The translations under genes were made by a program, and so were the position numbers. The notes beneath the pieces are model-generated. The model saw only the letters and a program-made list of their open reading frames with translations. It had not been told where the DNA came from and did not search any database. 64,000 nt of DNA, taken from Hyphomicrobiales bacterium (GTDB lineage Bacteria; Pseudomonadota; Alphaproteobacteria; Rhizobiales; OSC116). This document shows positions 1-8,638 of this stretch, one piece after another. The stretch spans positions 94,314 to 158,313 of the forward strand of contig NVUH01000004.1 in assembly GCA_002401855.1 (NCBI GenBank). Direction: 5' to 3'. The number at the start of each line of letters is the position of its first letter. Within the stretch, counting starts at the first letter, position 1.

Positions 1-1053
1 TAGGGTGGTGGCGAGGTCGAACCTAAAGCCATCGATGCCCATATATTGATGCCAGAAACGCAAGCTATCTAGCACCATGCGCAAGACATAGGGGTTTGAT
101 ACATTTAAGGTATTGCCGCAGCCTGTATCATTGACATAAAAGCGCGGTTGACCGTTGATTAAGCGGTAATATGAGGCATTGTCTAAGCCACGATGGCATA
201 AGGTTGGGCCGCGTTGATCGCCTTCGGCGGTGTGATTATAGACCACATCTAAGATAACCTCGATGCCTGCGGCGTGGAATTTTGCCACCATGTTACGAAA
301 GCCAATTATGCCTTCGGCGCCAAAATAACGTGGTTCGGGTGCAAAGAAGCCGATGCTGTTATAGCCCCAATAATTGGTGAGTTTGCGTTCTAACAAAAAG
401 CCATCATCGATGAAATTATGCACGGGCAATAGCTCAATAGCGGTGATGCCGAGCTTGTCTAGATATTCGAGCATTTCATCGCTGGCGAGGGCTTCATATG
501 TGCCTCTGATGTTTGAATTTATATCAGGCCGCAACTGGGTGAGGCCTTTTACATGGGCTTCGTATATCAAGGTTTCATCCCACGCGTTATCGGGATGGCT
601 GGTTATTAATGTGAATAATTCGGGGTCGGATACCACTGATTTTGGTACATAGTTGGCGTTATCTTGTGGGTTATATGACAGGTCTTGCTCTGGAGAGTTA
701 ATGTCATAGCCCAATAGGCTTTCATGATTTGTCCATGTGCCAAACATTTGGCGGGTGTAAGGGTCGAGTAATAATTTATACGGGTTAAAGCGATGGCCTT
801 GATCAGGCAAATATGCGCCATGGGCGCGGTAGCCGTATAATGTGCCTTTGGGCAGGCCTTTGGCATAGCCATGCCACAGGTGCCCGGTGCGTTCAGGCAA
901 GGCTTTGCGGGCGATTTCGGTTTGGCCATCAGGGCTGAAAACACACAGATCAATCTGGGTGGCATGGGCAGAGAAAACTGTAAAGTTAGTGCCGTTGCCA
1001 TCAAAATGTGCCCCGAGTTGTTTGGGGTTGCCAGATTGAAATTCTAAGTTCAT
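1..1053 (-). CDS. glgX: glycogen debranching enzyme GlgX, N-terminal 351 codons (3' end lies beyond the left edge)
   Basis: Absent from the ORF track because it runs off the edge. My own minus-strand translation from ATG 1053-1051 reads MNLEFQSGNPKQLGAHFDGNGTNFTVFSAHA...YEAHVKGLT...GIEVILDVVYNHTAEG...GIDGFRFDLATTL with no stop down to base 1. GH13 debrancher motifs; starts 26 nt after glgA. Confidence 0.85.
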   Translation of the reverse strand, partial: MNLEFQSGNPKQLGAHFDGNGTNFTVFSAHATQIDLCVFSPDGQTEIARKALPERTGHLWHGYAKGLPKGTLYGYRAHGAYLPDQGHRFNPYKLLLDPYTRQMFGTWTNHESLLGYDINSPEQDLSYNPQDNANYVPKSVVSDPELFTLITSHPDNAWDETLIYEAHVKGLTQLRPDINSNIRGTYEALASDEMLEYLDKLGITAIELLPVHNFIDDGFLLERKLTNYWGYNSIGFFAPEPRYFGAEGIIGFRNMVAKFHAAGIEVILDVVYNHTAEGDQRGPTLCHRGLDNASYYRLINGQPRFYVNDTGCGNTLNVSNPYVLRMVLDSLRFWHQYMGIDGFRFDLATTL

Positions 1054-1079
1054 TTGGGTTATTCTTTCTGTATTTTTAT

Positions 1080-2546
1080 CTAGATGAGCAGGCTCGCATA
1101 TAGATCATGATAGGCTTTGGCCGATTTATCCCAGCTGACATCGTGATTCATCGCGCGGCGCATCATTGCCTCCCAAACTTGGGGTTGTTTGAATGTCTGG
1201 CACGCGCGGTCAATGGCATGACCGAGCGAAATGGCAGTGATGGGGGCGAATTGAAAACCTGTGGCGCAATTGTCAGCCAAGGCGGCTGGGTTGGCATCGA
1301 TAATTGTATCGGCCAAGCCGCCGGTGCGGGCGACCACGGGGATGGTGCCATAGCGCAAGCCATATAATTGCGTGAGGCCGCAGGGCTCAAAGCGTGATGG
1401 CACTAGAATCGCATCGGCACCGCCTTGTAGGATGTGCGACAACTCTTCATCATAACCGATGATGGTGCCGACGCGGCCTTTGAATTGGCGGGCGGCGGCG
1501 ATGAAAGCGGCTTCTATATCTTTATCGCCACTGCCGAGCAATGCCAAGCGCGCACCGCGGGCGACTAGGTTTGGCAGGGCTTCGACCAATAGATCCAAGC
1601 CTTTTTGGGTGGTTAGGCGGCTGATGACGCAGAATAGAGGGGCATCGGGGTTTTTGATTGGATCAAGATCGAACCGCGCTTCGACTTGGGCGCGGTTTTT
1701 GGCTTTGCGCTTGAGAGTGCGGGGGTAATAGCTGGCGTTTAACGCGCGGTCGTGAATCGGATCCCAGACATCGGTATCGATGCCGTTAAGGATGCCAGAA
1801 AGATCGGAAGCGCGGGACTGCATCATGCCTTCGAGACCCATGCCAAATTCGGGCAACATTAACTCGTGGGCATAGGTGGGGCTGACGGTGGTGATTTTAT
1901 GGCAATAGGCGATGGCGGCTTTTAGAAAGCTAACTTTGCCCCAATATTCGAAGCCATCTGGCACAAACATGCTTTGTGACAGGCCGAGGGTTTTGATCAC
2001 TTTGGCATCGAACAGGCCTTGAAAGGCGATGTTGTGGATGGTGAGGATGCAGGGCGGGGTTTTGGTATCAGCCATTTTAAGATAGGCGGGCACGAGACCT
2101 GACTGCCAGTCGTGACAATGGACGAGATCGGGCTGCCAATCATTCAGAGGGTTTTTAAGCTCGCGCGGCAAACCATAGCTTGCCACATAGGCCGCCACTT
2201 GGCACAATGCACCAAAGCGCAGATGATTGTCCGGCCAGTCTTGGCCTTGCTCATTGAGATAAATATTGCCAGGGCGATCATATAGATGTGGGGCATTGAG
2301 CAAGAGCAGTGCTATGCCCTTGGATTTAACCGCAACCAAGTTGGCGGGGCCGCCAAATAGATCATCCTGCTGCCAGACAATTTTGCCGCGCGCTAGTAGG
2401 CCCGCCAAAGCGGGATAAGCGGGCATGATGACCCGTGTATCAACCCCAAATTGGCTGAGGTTTTTGGGCACTGCGCCAATGACATCAGCCAACCCACCAG
2501 TTTTTACAAACGGGGCGCATTCGGATGCAACGTAAAGCACTTTCAT
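1080..2546 (-). CDS. glgA: glycogen synthase (ADP-glucose type)
   Basis: 488 aa; N-terminus MKVLYVASECAPFVKTGGLADV with the KTGGL motif; sits in the glgB-glgC-glgA-glgX context. Confidence 0.95.
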   Translation of the reverse strand: MKVLYVASECAPFVKTGGLADVIGAVPKNLSQFGVDTRVIMPAYPALAGLLARGKIVWQQDDLFGGPANLVAVKSKGIALLLLNAPHLYDRPGNIYLNEQGQDWPDNHLRFGALCQVAAYVASYGLPRELKNPLNDWQPDLVHCHDWQSGLVPAYLKMADTKTPPCILTIHNIAFQGLFDAKVIKTLGLSQSMFVPDGFEYWGKVSFLKAAIAYCHKITTVSPTYAHELMLPEFGMGLEGMMQSRASDLSGILNGIDTDVWDPIHDRALNASYYPRTLKRKAKNRAQVEARFDLDPIKNPDAPLFCVISRLTTQKGLDLLVEALPNLVARGARLALLGSGDKDIEAAFIAAARQFKGRVGTIIGYDEELSHILQGGADAILVPSRFEPCGLTQLYGLRYGTIPVVARTGGLADTIIDANPAALADNCATGFQFAPITAISLGHAIDRACQTFKQPQVWEAMMRRAMNHDVSWDKSAKAYHDLYASLLI

Positions 2547-2601
2547 ACTAATTTCTCTCGCATATAGATTTCCTAACTTCGAATTCTTGTTTGATAATAA
2601 T

Positions 2602-3861
2602 TCACTCTAGATTATCAATCATTTTTTGTGTGATCAAGCATATACCGCTATCGGTACGGCGAAACCGCTTGGCGTCATATTCTGGGTCTTCACCGACCAC
2701 TAGGCCTTCGGGGATAATGACATCCCGGTCAATCACCACATTGGTCAACCGCGCGTTACGCTCAACTGTTACATAAGGCAGAGCCACAACGCCTTCGAGC
2801 CGAGAGAATGAATTGGTGCGCACGCCGGTAAATAGCACACAACGCAACAAAGTAGAGCCAGAAACAACGCAACCACCTGAAACTAATGACGATATGGCTT
2901 GGCCACGGCGGCCTTCTTCATTGTGGATGAATTTTGCAGGTGGGGTGAGTTCGGAATATGTCCAGATCGGCCATTCGAGGTCATAAAGATCGAGCGCGGG
3001 TTTGAAATCGGTTAAATCTATGTTGGCTTGCCAGAAGGCGTCGACCGTGCCAACATCACGCCAATAAGGGGCATCCTCATTTTCACTCATCACACATGAG
3101 CGTGAGAATGGATGAGCGTAGGCTTTGCCTTTCTTGACCAATTCGGGGATAAGGTCATTGCCAAAATCATGGCTTGAGCTGGAGTCAACCGCATCTTTTT
3201 CAAGCAATTCAATTAGAAAATCGGTTTTAAAAACATAAATACCCATGCTGGCTAAGCTTAGATCGGGGCGATCTAGCATGGGAGGTGGATCGGAAGGTTT
3301 TTCGATAAACTCTAAAATAACATCTTGATCATTCACATGCATAACACCGAAACCCTTGGCTTCTTCGCGCGGTACTTCGATGCAACCAACTGTGACATCT
3401 GCCCCGGTGGTGACATGTTGTTCGACCATGATTGAATAATCTTGCTTATAGATATGATCGCCCGCCAAAATGATGATATAGGTGGGATCATAGCCTTGGA
3501 TGATGTCGATATTTTGAGTGACCGCATCGGCTGTGCCTTTATACCACATTTCGTCATTCATACGCTGTGAAGCGGGCAGAATATCCAAAGATTCATTTTG
3601 CACAGCGCGAAAAAAACTCCACCCGCGCTGCAAATGACGAATGAGGCTATGGGCTTTATATTGAGTGGCAACGCCTATGCGCCGCATGCCCGAATTGACC
3701 GCGTTGGACAAAGCAAAATCAATGATTCGGCTTTTGCCGCCAAAATACATAGCAGGTTTGGCACGGTTGTCGGTAAGTTCGACCAAGCGCGAGCCACGCC
3801 CCCCCGCCAAAATGAAGGCCATGGTTTGCGCGGCTAGCCGTTGTGGTTTCCTATTTTTCAC
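2602..3861 (-). CDS. glgC: glucose-1-phosphate adenylyltransferase
   Basis: [11 protein letters not shown]...[10 protein letters not shown] motifs. I place the start at GTG 3861 because GGGAGG lies 7 nt upstream; the track's TTG start at 3876 is that Shine-Dalgarno sequence itself. Confidence 0.93.
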   Translation of the reverse strand: MKNRKPQRLAAQTMAFILAGGRGSRLVELTDNRAKPAMYFGGKSRIIDFALSNAVNSGMRRIGVATQYKAHSLIRHLQRGWSFFRAVQNESLDILPASQRMNDEMWYKGTADAVTQNIDIIQGYDPTYIIILAGDHIYKQDYSIMVEQHVTTGADVTVGCIEVPREEAKGFGVMHVNDQDVILEFIEKPSDPPPMLDRPDLSLASMGIYVFKTDFLIELLEKDAVDSSSSHDFGNDLIPELVKKGKAYAHPFSRSCVMSENEDAPYWRDVGTVDAFWQANIDLTDFKPALDLYDLEWPIWTYSELTPPAKFIHNEEGRRGQAISSLVSGGCVVSGSTLLRCVLFTGVRTNSFSRLEGVVALPYVTVERNARLTNVVIDRDVIIPEGLVVGEDPEYDAKRFRRTDSGICLITQKMIDNLE

Positions 3862-3906
3862 TGATAATCCTCCCAAAATATAGCTGTTGTTATTGTTGTT
3901 AATCCA

Positions 3907-6123
3907 TCATCCTATTTCTTGTTCCAATTCAAAATATAAAGTCGACAGAGGTGGAATGGTCAGATTGATTGAATCTGACCGCCCAAAACTGGCGATTGCC
4001 TCACTTTGCACACTGCCCATATTGCCGCGCCCTTGGCCGCCATAATATGTGCTGTCAGTGTTTAATTTTTCGACCCATTTGCCAGCTTGGGGCACCCCCA
4101 CGCGGCGGTTGGGCCGCTCGACAGGAGTGAAGTTTGACACCACTAGAACCGGCGCTGCCCCCTTATAACCATGGCGCAACCAAACAAAAATCGATTCTTC
4201 AGCGCTATTTTCTTCGACCCATTCAAAGCCTGCTGGTTTGCAATCTTGCTGATAGAGTGCGGGGGTCGATTTATATAGATTATTTAAATCGCGAACCAAT
4301 GATTGTATGCCTTTATGTGGTGCATGATCGAGTAGGTGCCAATCGAGGCTGGTATCGTGGTTCCATTCTTTCACTTGCGCAAATTCACTGCCCATAAAGA
4401 TGAGTTTTTTACCTGGATGCGCCCACATGAAGCCATAATAGGCACGTAGGCTGGCGATTTTATCCATGTTTTCGCCTGACATTTTTTGCAGCATTGAGCC
4501 TTTGCCATGCACCACTTCATCATGACTGAGTGGCAGCACAAAATTTTCGGTAAAGGCATAAGCAATGCCGAAAGTCATCTTATGATGATGATATTTGCGG
4601 TTAATCGGGTCTTCTGACATATATTGTAATGTGTCATTCATCCAGCCCATATTCCATTTAAAGCCAAAGCCCAAACCACCATCTGAAGTGGGGGTTGAAA
4701 CGGCTGGAAATGCGGTTGATTCTTCAGCAATGGTCATGATGCCCGGCATTTCGCCATAGACAGATTCATTCATATGTTTGAGCAAGGAGATGGCTTCGAG
4801 ATTTTCATTGCCGCCGTGAATGTTGGGCACCCATTGGCCATCCTCGCGTGAATAATCGCGGTATAACATGGAGGCGACGGCATCGACCCGCAGGCCATCA
4901 ACATGATGTTCTTTGACCCAATAAACGGCGTTTGATACCAGATAGTTTTTCACCTGTGCGCGGCCGAAATTGTAAATGCAGGTTTTCCAATCAGGGTGGA
5001 AGCCTTCTTTTGGATCGGCGTGTTCGTATAAATGTGTGCCATCAAATTTGGATAAACCATGCGCATCTTCGGGGAAATGACCCGGCACCCAATCGAGTAT
5101 CAAACCAATATCAGCATTGTGACACGCGTCTACAAAGGCGCGGAATTCTGCCAATGTGCCGTGGCGAATGGTCGGGGCGAAAAGCCCGACAGGCTGATAG
5201 CCCCATGAGCCATCAAATGGAAATTCTGAAATGGGCATCAGCTCAATATGGGTGAAGCCCAAATCTTTGGCATAAGCGATCAATTGCTCGGCATATTCGG
5301 CATAAGACAGGCGGCGGTCACCATCTTCCGTCACCCGTTTCCAAGAGCCGAGATGAACTTCATAAACCGAAATGGGTTGGTCTATTTTGTGCAAGGCTTC
5401 GCGCTTGGACATCCACGCTTGATCGTGCCATTTGTGGCCTTCTAAAGTGCGCACGACTGAGGCGGTTTGGGGGGCATGTTCTGAGCCAAAGCCCAAAGGA
5501 TCGGCCTTTTGCGGCAAAAGGTTGCCTTGCTGGTCGAGCAATTCATATTTATAAGCCTCGCCATCGCCAATGCGCGGGATGAAAATTTCCCAAACGCCAG
5601 TTTGGCCACGGGCGCGCATGCTATGGCGGCGACCATCCCAGCCATTAAAATCACCGACCACCGAAACACGTTTTGCATTGGGCGCCCATACGGCGAAATG
5701 TGTACCCCAAGCGCCCTCGTGCTTTATAATGTGGGCGCCAAGCACTTGCCACAACCGGTTATGAGTGCCTTCGTTGAGTAGATGCTCATCAAATTGACTT
5801 ATTACGGGCCCGAAACGGTATGGATCTTCGATAACCCAGCTGTGTTCGCCTTGTTGGATGTTAAGTTGATAGCCGAAACGGGTTTTGATTTTTGGGATTT
5901 CTGCCTCGAAGAAATCGGCAGCATATTTTGAGGGTTTGAGCGTTACAATCGTGTCACCCGGGATGTCGCCAGTTTGTTGATTAATAACAATGACTTTATC
6001 GGCATTGGGAATGAATGCGCGGATGAAACATTTACCTTTTATAAAGTGCAAACCCAAAACAGAAAATGGATCGCTATGTGCGCCTGCAACGATATTTTGA
6101 ACAGTAATTTTATTGGTCGTCAT
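3907..6123 (-). CDS. glgB: 1,4-alpha-glucan branching enzyme
   Basis: GH13 motifs DWVPGHF, GLRVDAVASMLY, IAEEST, HDEVVHGK. ATG at 6123 is preceded by GGGGA; the track start at 6135 is an alternative codon. Confidence 0.95.
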   Translation of the reverse strand: MTTNKITVQNIVAGAHSDPFSVLGLHFIKGKCFIRAFIPNADKVIVINQQTGDIPGDTIVTLKPSKYAADFFEAEIPKIKTRFGYQLNIQQGEHSWVIEDPYRFGPVISQFDEHLLNEGTHNRLWQVLGAHIIKHEGAWGTHFAVWAPNAKRVSVVGDFNGWDGRRHSMRARGQTGVWEIFIPRIGDGEAYKYELLDQQGNLLPQKADPLGFGSEHAPQTASVVRTLEGHKWHDQAWMSKREALHKIDQPISVYEVHLGSWKRVTEDGDRRLSYAEYAEQLIAYAKDLGFTHIELMPISEFPFDGSWGYQPVGLFAPTIRHGTLAEFRAFVDACHNADIGLILDWVPGHFPEDAHGLSKFDGTHLYEHADPKEGFHPDWKTCIYNFGRAQVKNYLVSNAVYWVKEHHVDGLRVDAVASMLYRDYSREDGQWVPNIHGGNENLEAISLLKHMNESVYGEMPGIMTIAEESTAFPAVSTPTSDGGLGFGFKWNMGWMNDTLQYMSEDPINRKYHHHKMTFGIAYAFTENFVLPLSHDEVVHGKGSMLQKMSGENMDKIASLRAYYGFMWAHPGKKLIFMGSEFAQVKEWNHDTSLDWHLLDHAPHKGIQSLVRDLNNLYKSTPALYQQDCKPAGFEWVEENSAEESIFVWLRHGYKGAAPVLVVSNFTPVERPNRRVGVPQAGKWVEKLNTDSTYYGGQGRGNMGSVQSEAIASFGRSDSINLTIPPLSTLYFELEQEIG

Positions 6124-6587
6124 CTTTATCCCCAATTATCTATATTCAACTATGGACCATTTTATCCAATATTCCCAACGTTTAAACTATCTAACATTGA
6201 AGATATACTAAACATCTAGACCATTCACCTAAGATATGTGACATATCACTGGCACAACCATTGATTGTGCGGCACTGCTCGAACTAGCCCATGTATGCAG
6301 CACTGAGCGCAGCTATTTGGTTCTATTTTTTGAGGCTTTTACAAGTGACATCAACCTGAAGTTGCTTGGCATAGTCGCTATCAAAATCAGCATGTGACGA
6401 GGGAATAACTCCACTTCAAACATGAGATTGACCGAGGAGCCATCGCGAGTTTTACTGGTCATTTAGACTGGGCAATCGACAATTTTTGCCACGCGAATAT
6501 TTGAGATGGCGCAGAATTTCGGCACGAAAAATTGAGTACTGATGGCAGGTTGCCGCGGTGATTTAGCGCTCATTTGGCGGGTTCAAT

Positions 6588-6980
6588 TTATAGATAATGT
6601 ATAGTCTTTTGTGGTTTTACTTTGGGTTTGAGCTTTCGTGGATCATATAAAATCTTGATATTTTCTATTAGATTATCAACCAGCATAAATTTTGCATAAC
6701 TTGGCATCGATATATAACCGTCTTTTAAAGCGTCATGTTTTACGTTGATGGAATAATTAATGACGAAACATTGATCATTGGGGTTTTTCACGCCATTGAC
6801 GTAAACGGTTACACATTCAAATAATTCCTCGCAATGAGTGACAAAATCAACAAATCCAATGGGTTTAACCGCAGGGCTTGTATATGAAAAATTGGGCGAA
6901 ACAAATTGCTCCAACTGATCAAGCCGCCTGCGATAAAACTGATTGAGAAATACCTGCACTAATGTTGAATCTTTAATCAA
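6588..6980 (-). CDS. hypothetical protein, 130 aa, no family recognised
   Basis: Isolated ORF in an AT-rich stretch. No signal peptide or TM segment. Coding status rests on ORF length only. Confidence 0.4.
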   Translation of the reverse strand: MIKDSTLVQVFLNQFYRRRLDQLEQFVSPNFSYTSPAVKPIGFVDFVTHCEELFECVTVYVNGVKNPNDQCFVINYSINVKHDALKDGYISMPSYAKFMLVDNLIENIKILYDPRKLKPKVKPQKTIHYL

Positions 6981-7212
6981 AACAAACTCCTAACAACATT
7001 TAATGACGGTATGATAGGTTTTTTTGGGGTATAAAAAATTCTCAATTTGGCTATCAAACCAAGGGTTTAAAACATTGGTGGCGATTTTTTACCTATTGGT
7101 ATTGGCAGATATGTTGCCTTCATTAGAATAAGTAATGCCCGCCATTTGCGCCCCATGCATAATGATGAAGATAAATTATATGGCTTTGAACCAATATGAG
7201 ATGGAGATGATT

Positions 7213-7464
7213 ATGGCGACAGGTGAACAACAGATTACCAAAGCAGGTGGATGGCAAGAGGTGACGGGGGCGACGGGGGCGATTATTTTGCAAAATCATC
7301 ACCCAAGTTACAGTCTGCAATATTTTATTGGCAGCACTGCACCGACCACTCAACACGGGGTTAATTTGCGGCCATTGGATGACCACACGCCGAATATTCG
7401 GGCGAGCGAAAGCCTTTATGCGCGATCGCAAAGCGCCGATGCAACTTTAGCTTGGAGCGAATAA
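7213..7464 (+). CDS. hypothetical small protein (83 aa), soluble and beta-strand-rich by eye
   Basis: GGAGA lies 5 nt before ATG 7213 (the track start at 7135 is upstream and in frame). Followed by an intrinsic terminator. Lies immediately upstream of the lysis cassette. Confidence 0.45.
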   Translation: MATGEQQITKAGGWQEVTGATGAIILQNHHPSYSLQYFIGSTAPTTQHGVNLRPLDDHTPNIRASESLYARSQSADATLAWSE

Positions 7465-7494
7465 ATTACTAAATTTAATTGCTGAAAATGCAAT

Positions 7495-7523
7495 AAAACC
7501 CTGCACTTGTGCGGGGTTTTTTT
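7495..7523 (+). terminator. rho-independent terminator
   Basis: Stem CCCTGC (7499-7504) pairs with GCGGGG (7511-7516) with one G-U pair, extended by A/U pairs, then T7 (7517-7523). Confidence 0.6.
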
Positions 7524-7536
7524 ATAGGAAAATATA

Positions 7537-8208
7537 ATGTTTAAATGGTTTGAGATTGCCCAGAATGAACAGGGCGTTGAAGAAATAAAAGGGCAGAAAC
7601 ATAATGTAAAAATTGTGCAATATTTTGCCGATGTTGGCCATGACGAGGTGAAGAATGACGAGACTGCGTGGTGTGCTGCGTTTGTTGGTTCATGCTTGGA
7701 AAAAGCAGGACTTGCCAGCACGCGTGCCTTAAATGCCCGATCTTATTTAAAATGGGGGCGGGCGATAGATACGCCCGTGCCTGGATGTATTGTGGTGTTT
7801 AAACGCGGCAACTCATCATGGCAAGGCCATGTGGCGTTTTATATTGGGCAAAGCCATGGGCGCATTAAGGTGCTGGGCGGCAACCAAAATAACCAAGTGA
7901 AAGTTAGCGCCTATTCTGAAGATGATTTATTGGGATATCGCTTGCCCAAAACAAAAATGGGCAGCAAAACCAATTGGGCGGCTGGTGTTGGCTCGCTTGC
8001 GGTGCTTAGCAGCCAAGCCGAAATGATTGGCAAGGTGGTTGATCGGCTAACCGAAGCCACGAAAAAGGGCGGGGATTTGGCTGATAAAATTGGCAGTTTG
8101 AGTGCCGCCATCTCGTTGCCCGCGGCGGGGGCATTGTTGGTGGTGGTCGGCCTGTTTGCTTTCATTATATATGAGCGCAATAAAAAGGTAGATATGCATG
8201 GCATATAG
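7537..8208 (+). CDS. phage-type cell-wall hydrolase (TIGR02594 / CHAP-NlpC-P60-like amidase) with a C-terminal transmembrane anchor
   Basis: EEIKGQKHN..DETAWCAAFV..GCIVVF..WQGHVAFYIG..LGGNQNNQV matches the TIGR02594 pattern as I remember it (Cys/His catalytic pair). The C-terminus LSAAISLPAAGALLVVVGLFAFIIYERNKK is a clear TM segment. Confidence 0.8.
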   Translation: MFKWFEIAQNEQGVEEIKGQKHNVKIVQYFADVGHDEVKNDETAWCAAFVGSCLEKAGLASTRALNARSYLKWGRAIDTPVPGCIVVFKRGNSSWQGHVAFYIGQSHGRIKVLGGNQNNQVKVSAYSEDDLLGYRLPKTKMGSKTNWAAGVGSLAVLSSQAEMIGKVVDRLTEATKKGGDLADKIGSLSAAISLPAAGALLVVVGLFAFIIYERNKKVDMHGI

Positions 8209-8488
8209 TTTTTTGATTTTTGCACTAAGGGGGATTCCGAAATGGTTATTGGTGGGGTTGATGGGTTGTTTTTTTAGCTATTATCTGGGCATTGGCCATG
8301 GCCGTGCGCCTTATAAGCTGGCGGTGAAGATACAGGATGCGCGGGCCAAGGTGATTGTTAAACGAGCTGATAAAATACGCGATTTGATTGAACAGAAAGG
8401 CAGGCTAGCAGATGAGGTATTTAGTGATAATGGGTGCTTGCTTGATGGTCTTGATGCTCGGCGGCTGTCAGACATTATCGGGCGTTAA
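8198..8488 (+). CDS. candidate i-spanin (Rz-like): N-terminal TM segment plus charged helical domain
   Basis: WLLVGLMGCFFSYYLGIG TM segment, then KLAVKIQDARAKVIVKRADKIRDLIEQKGRLADE. Overlaps the amidase stop by 11 nt. Contains the start of a lipoprotein gene in another frame. Confidence 0.55.
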   Translation: MAYSFLIFALRGIPKWLLVGLMGCFFSYYLGIGHGRAPYKLAVKIQDARAKVIVKRADKIRDLIEQKGRLADEVFSDNGCLLDGLDARRLSDIIGR

Positions 8489-8630
8489 ATTGCCCAAAGC
8501 GTTGAACCGACCCTGCCCCGTTGTAAATTTTTCGGCTGGGCGGTTACTGCCGCAGGTGATTGGTTTAAAAACTCAATATGAATTATGTCGCATTAATAAT
8601 AATGGATTGATTGAGCTTTTATCGGGTTGA
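8412..8630 (+). CDS. candidate o-spanin (Rz1-like outer-membrane lipoprotein)
   Basis: MRYLVIMGACLMVLMLGGC has a signal peptide with a lipobox. The mature part is about 52 aa with Pro and 3 Cys. It starts 77 nt inside 8198-8488 in a different frame (overlapped spanin architecture). Confidence 0.55.
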   Translation: MRYLVIMGACLMVLMLGGCQTLSGVKLPKALNRPCPVVNFSAGRLLPQVIGLKTQYELCRINNNGLIELLSG

Positions 8631-8638
8631 AAGTGGGT

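Noticed and set aside
374-1004. Track ORFs 374-652 (+) and 606-1004 (-).
   Set aside because: Both lie inside the glgX reading frame that I translated by hand from 1053 down to base 1. They are alternative-frame artefacts.
7123-7721. Minus-strand ORFs 7123-7431 and 7416-7721, opposite the small gene and the amidase 5' end.
   Set aside because: They have no ribosome-binding site and unremarkable composition. They run across the plus-strand terminator, while the plus-strand genes have Shine-Dalgarno sequences, a terminator and recognisable motifs.
6136-8630. A complete or integrated prophage around the lysis cassette.
   Set aside because: No integrase, repressor, terminase, capsid or tail genes, no tRNA and no flanking direct repeats could be found. 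Only the lysis module is present, so I report it as an orphan cassette.
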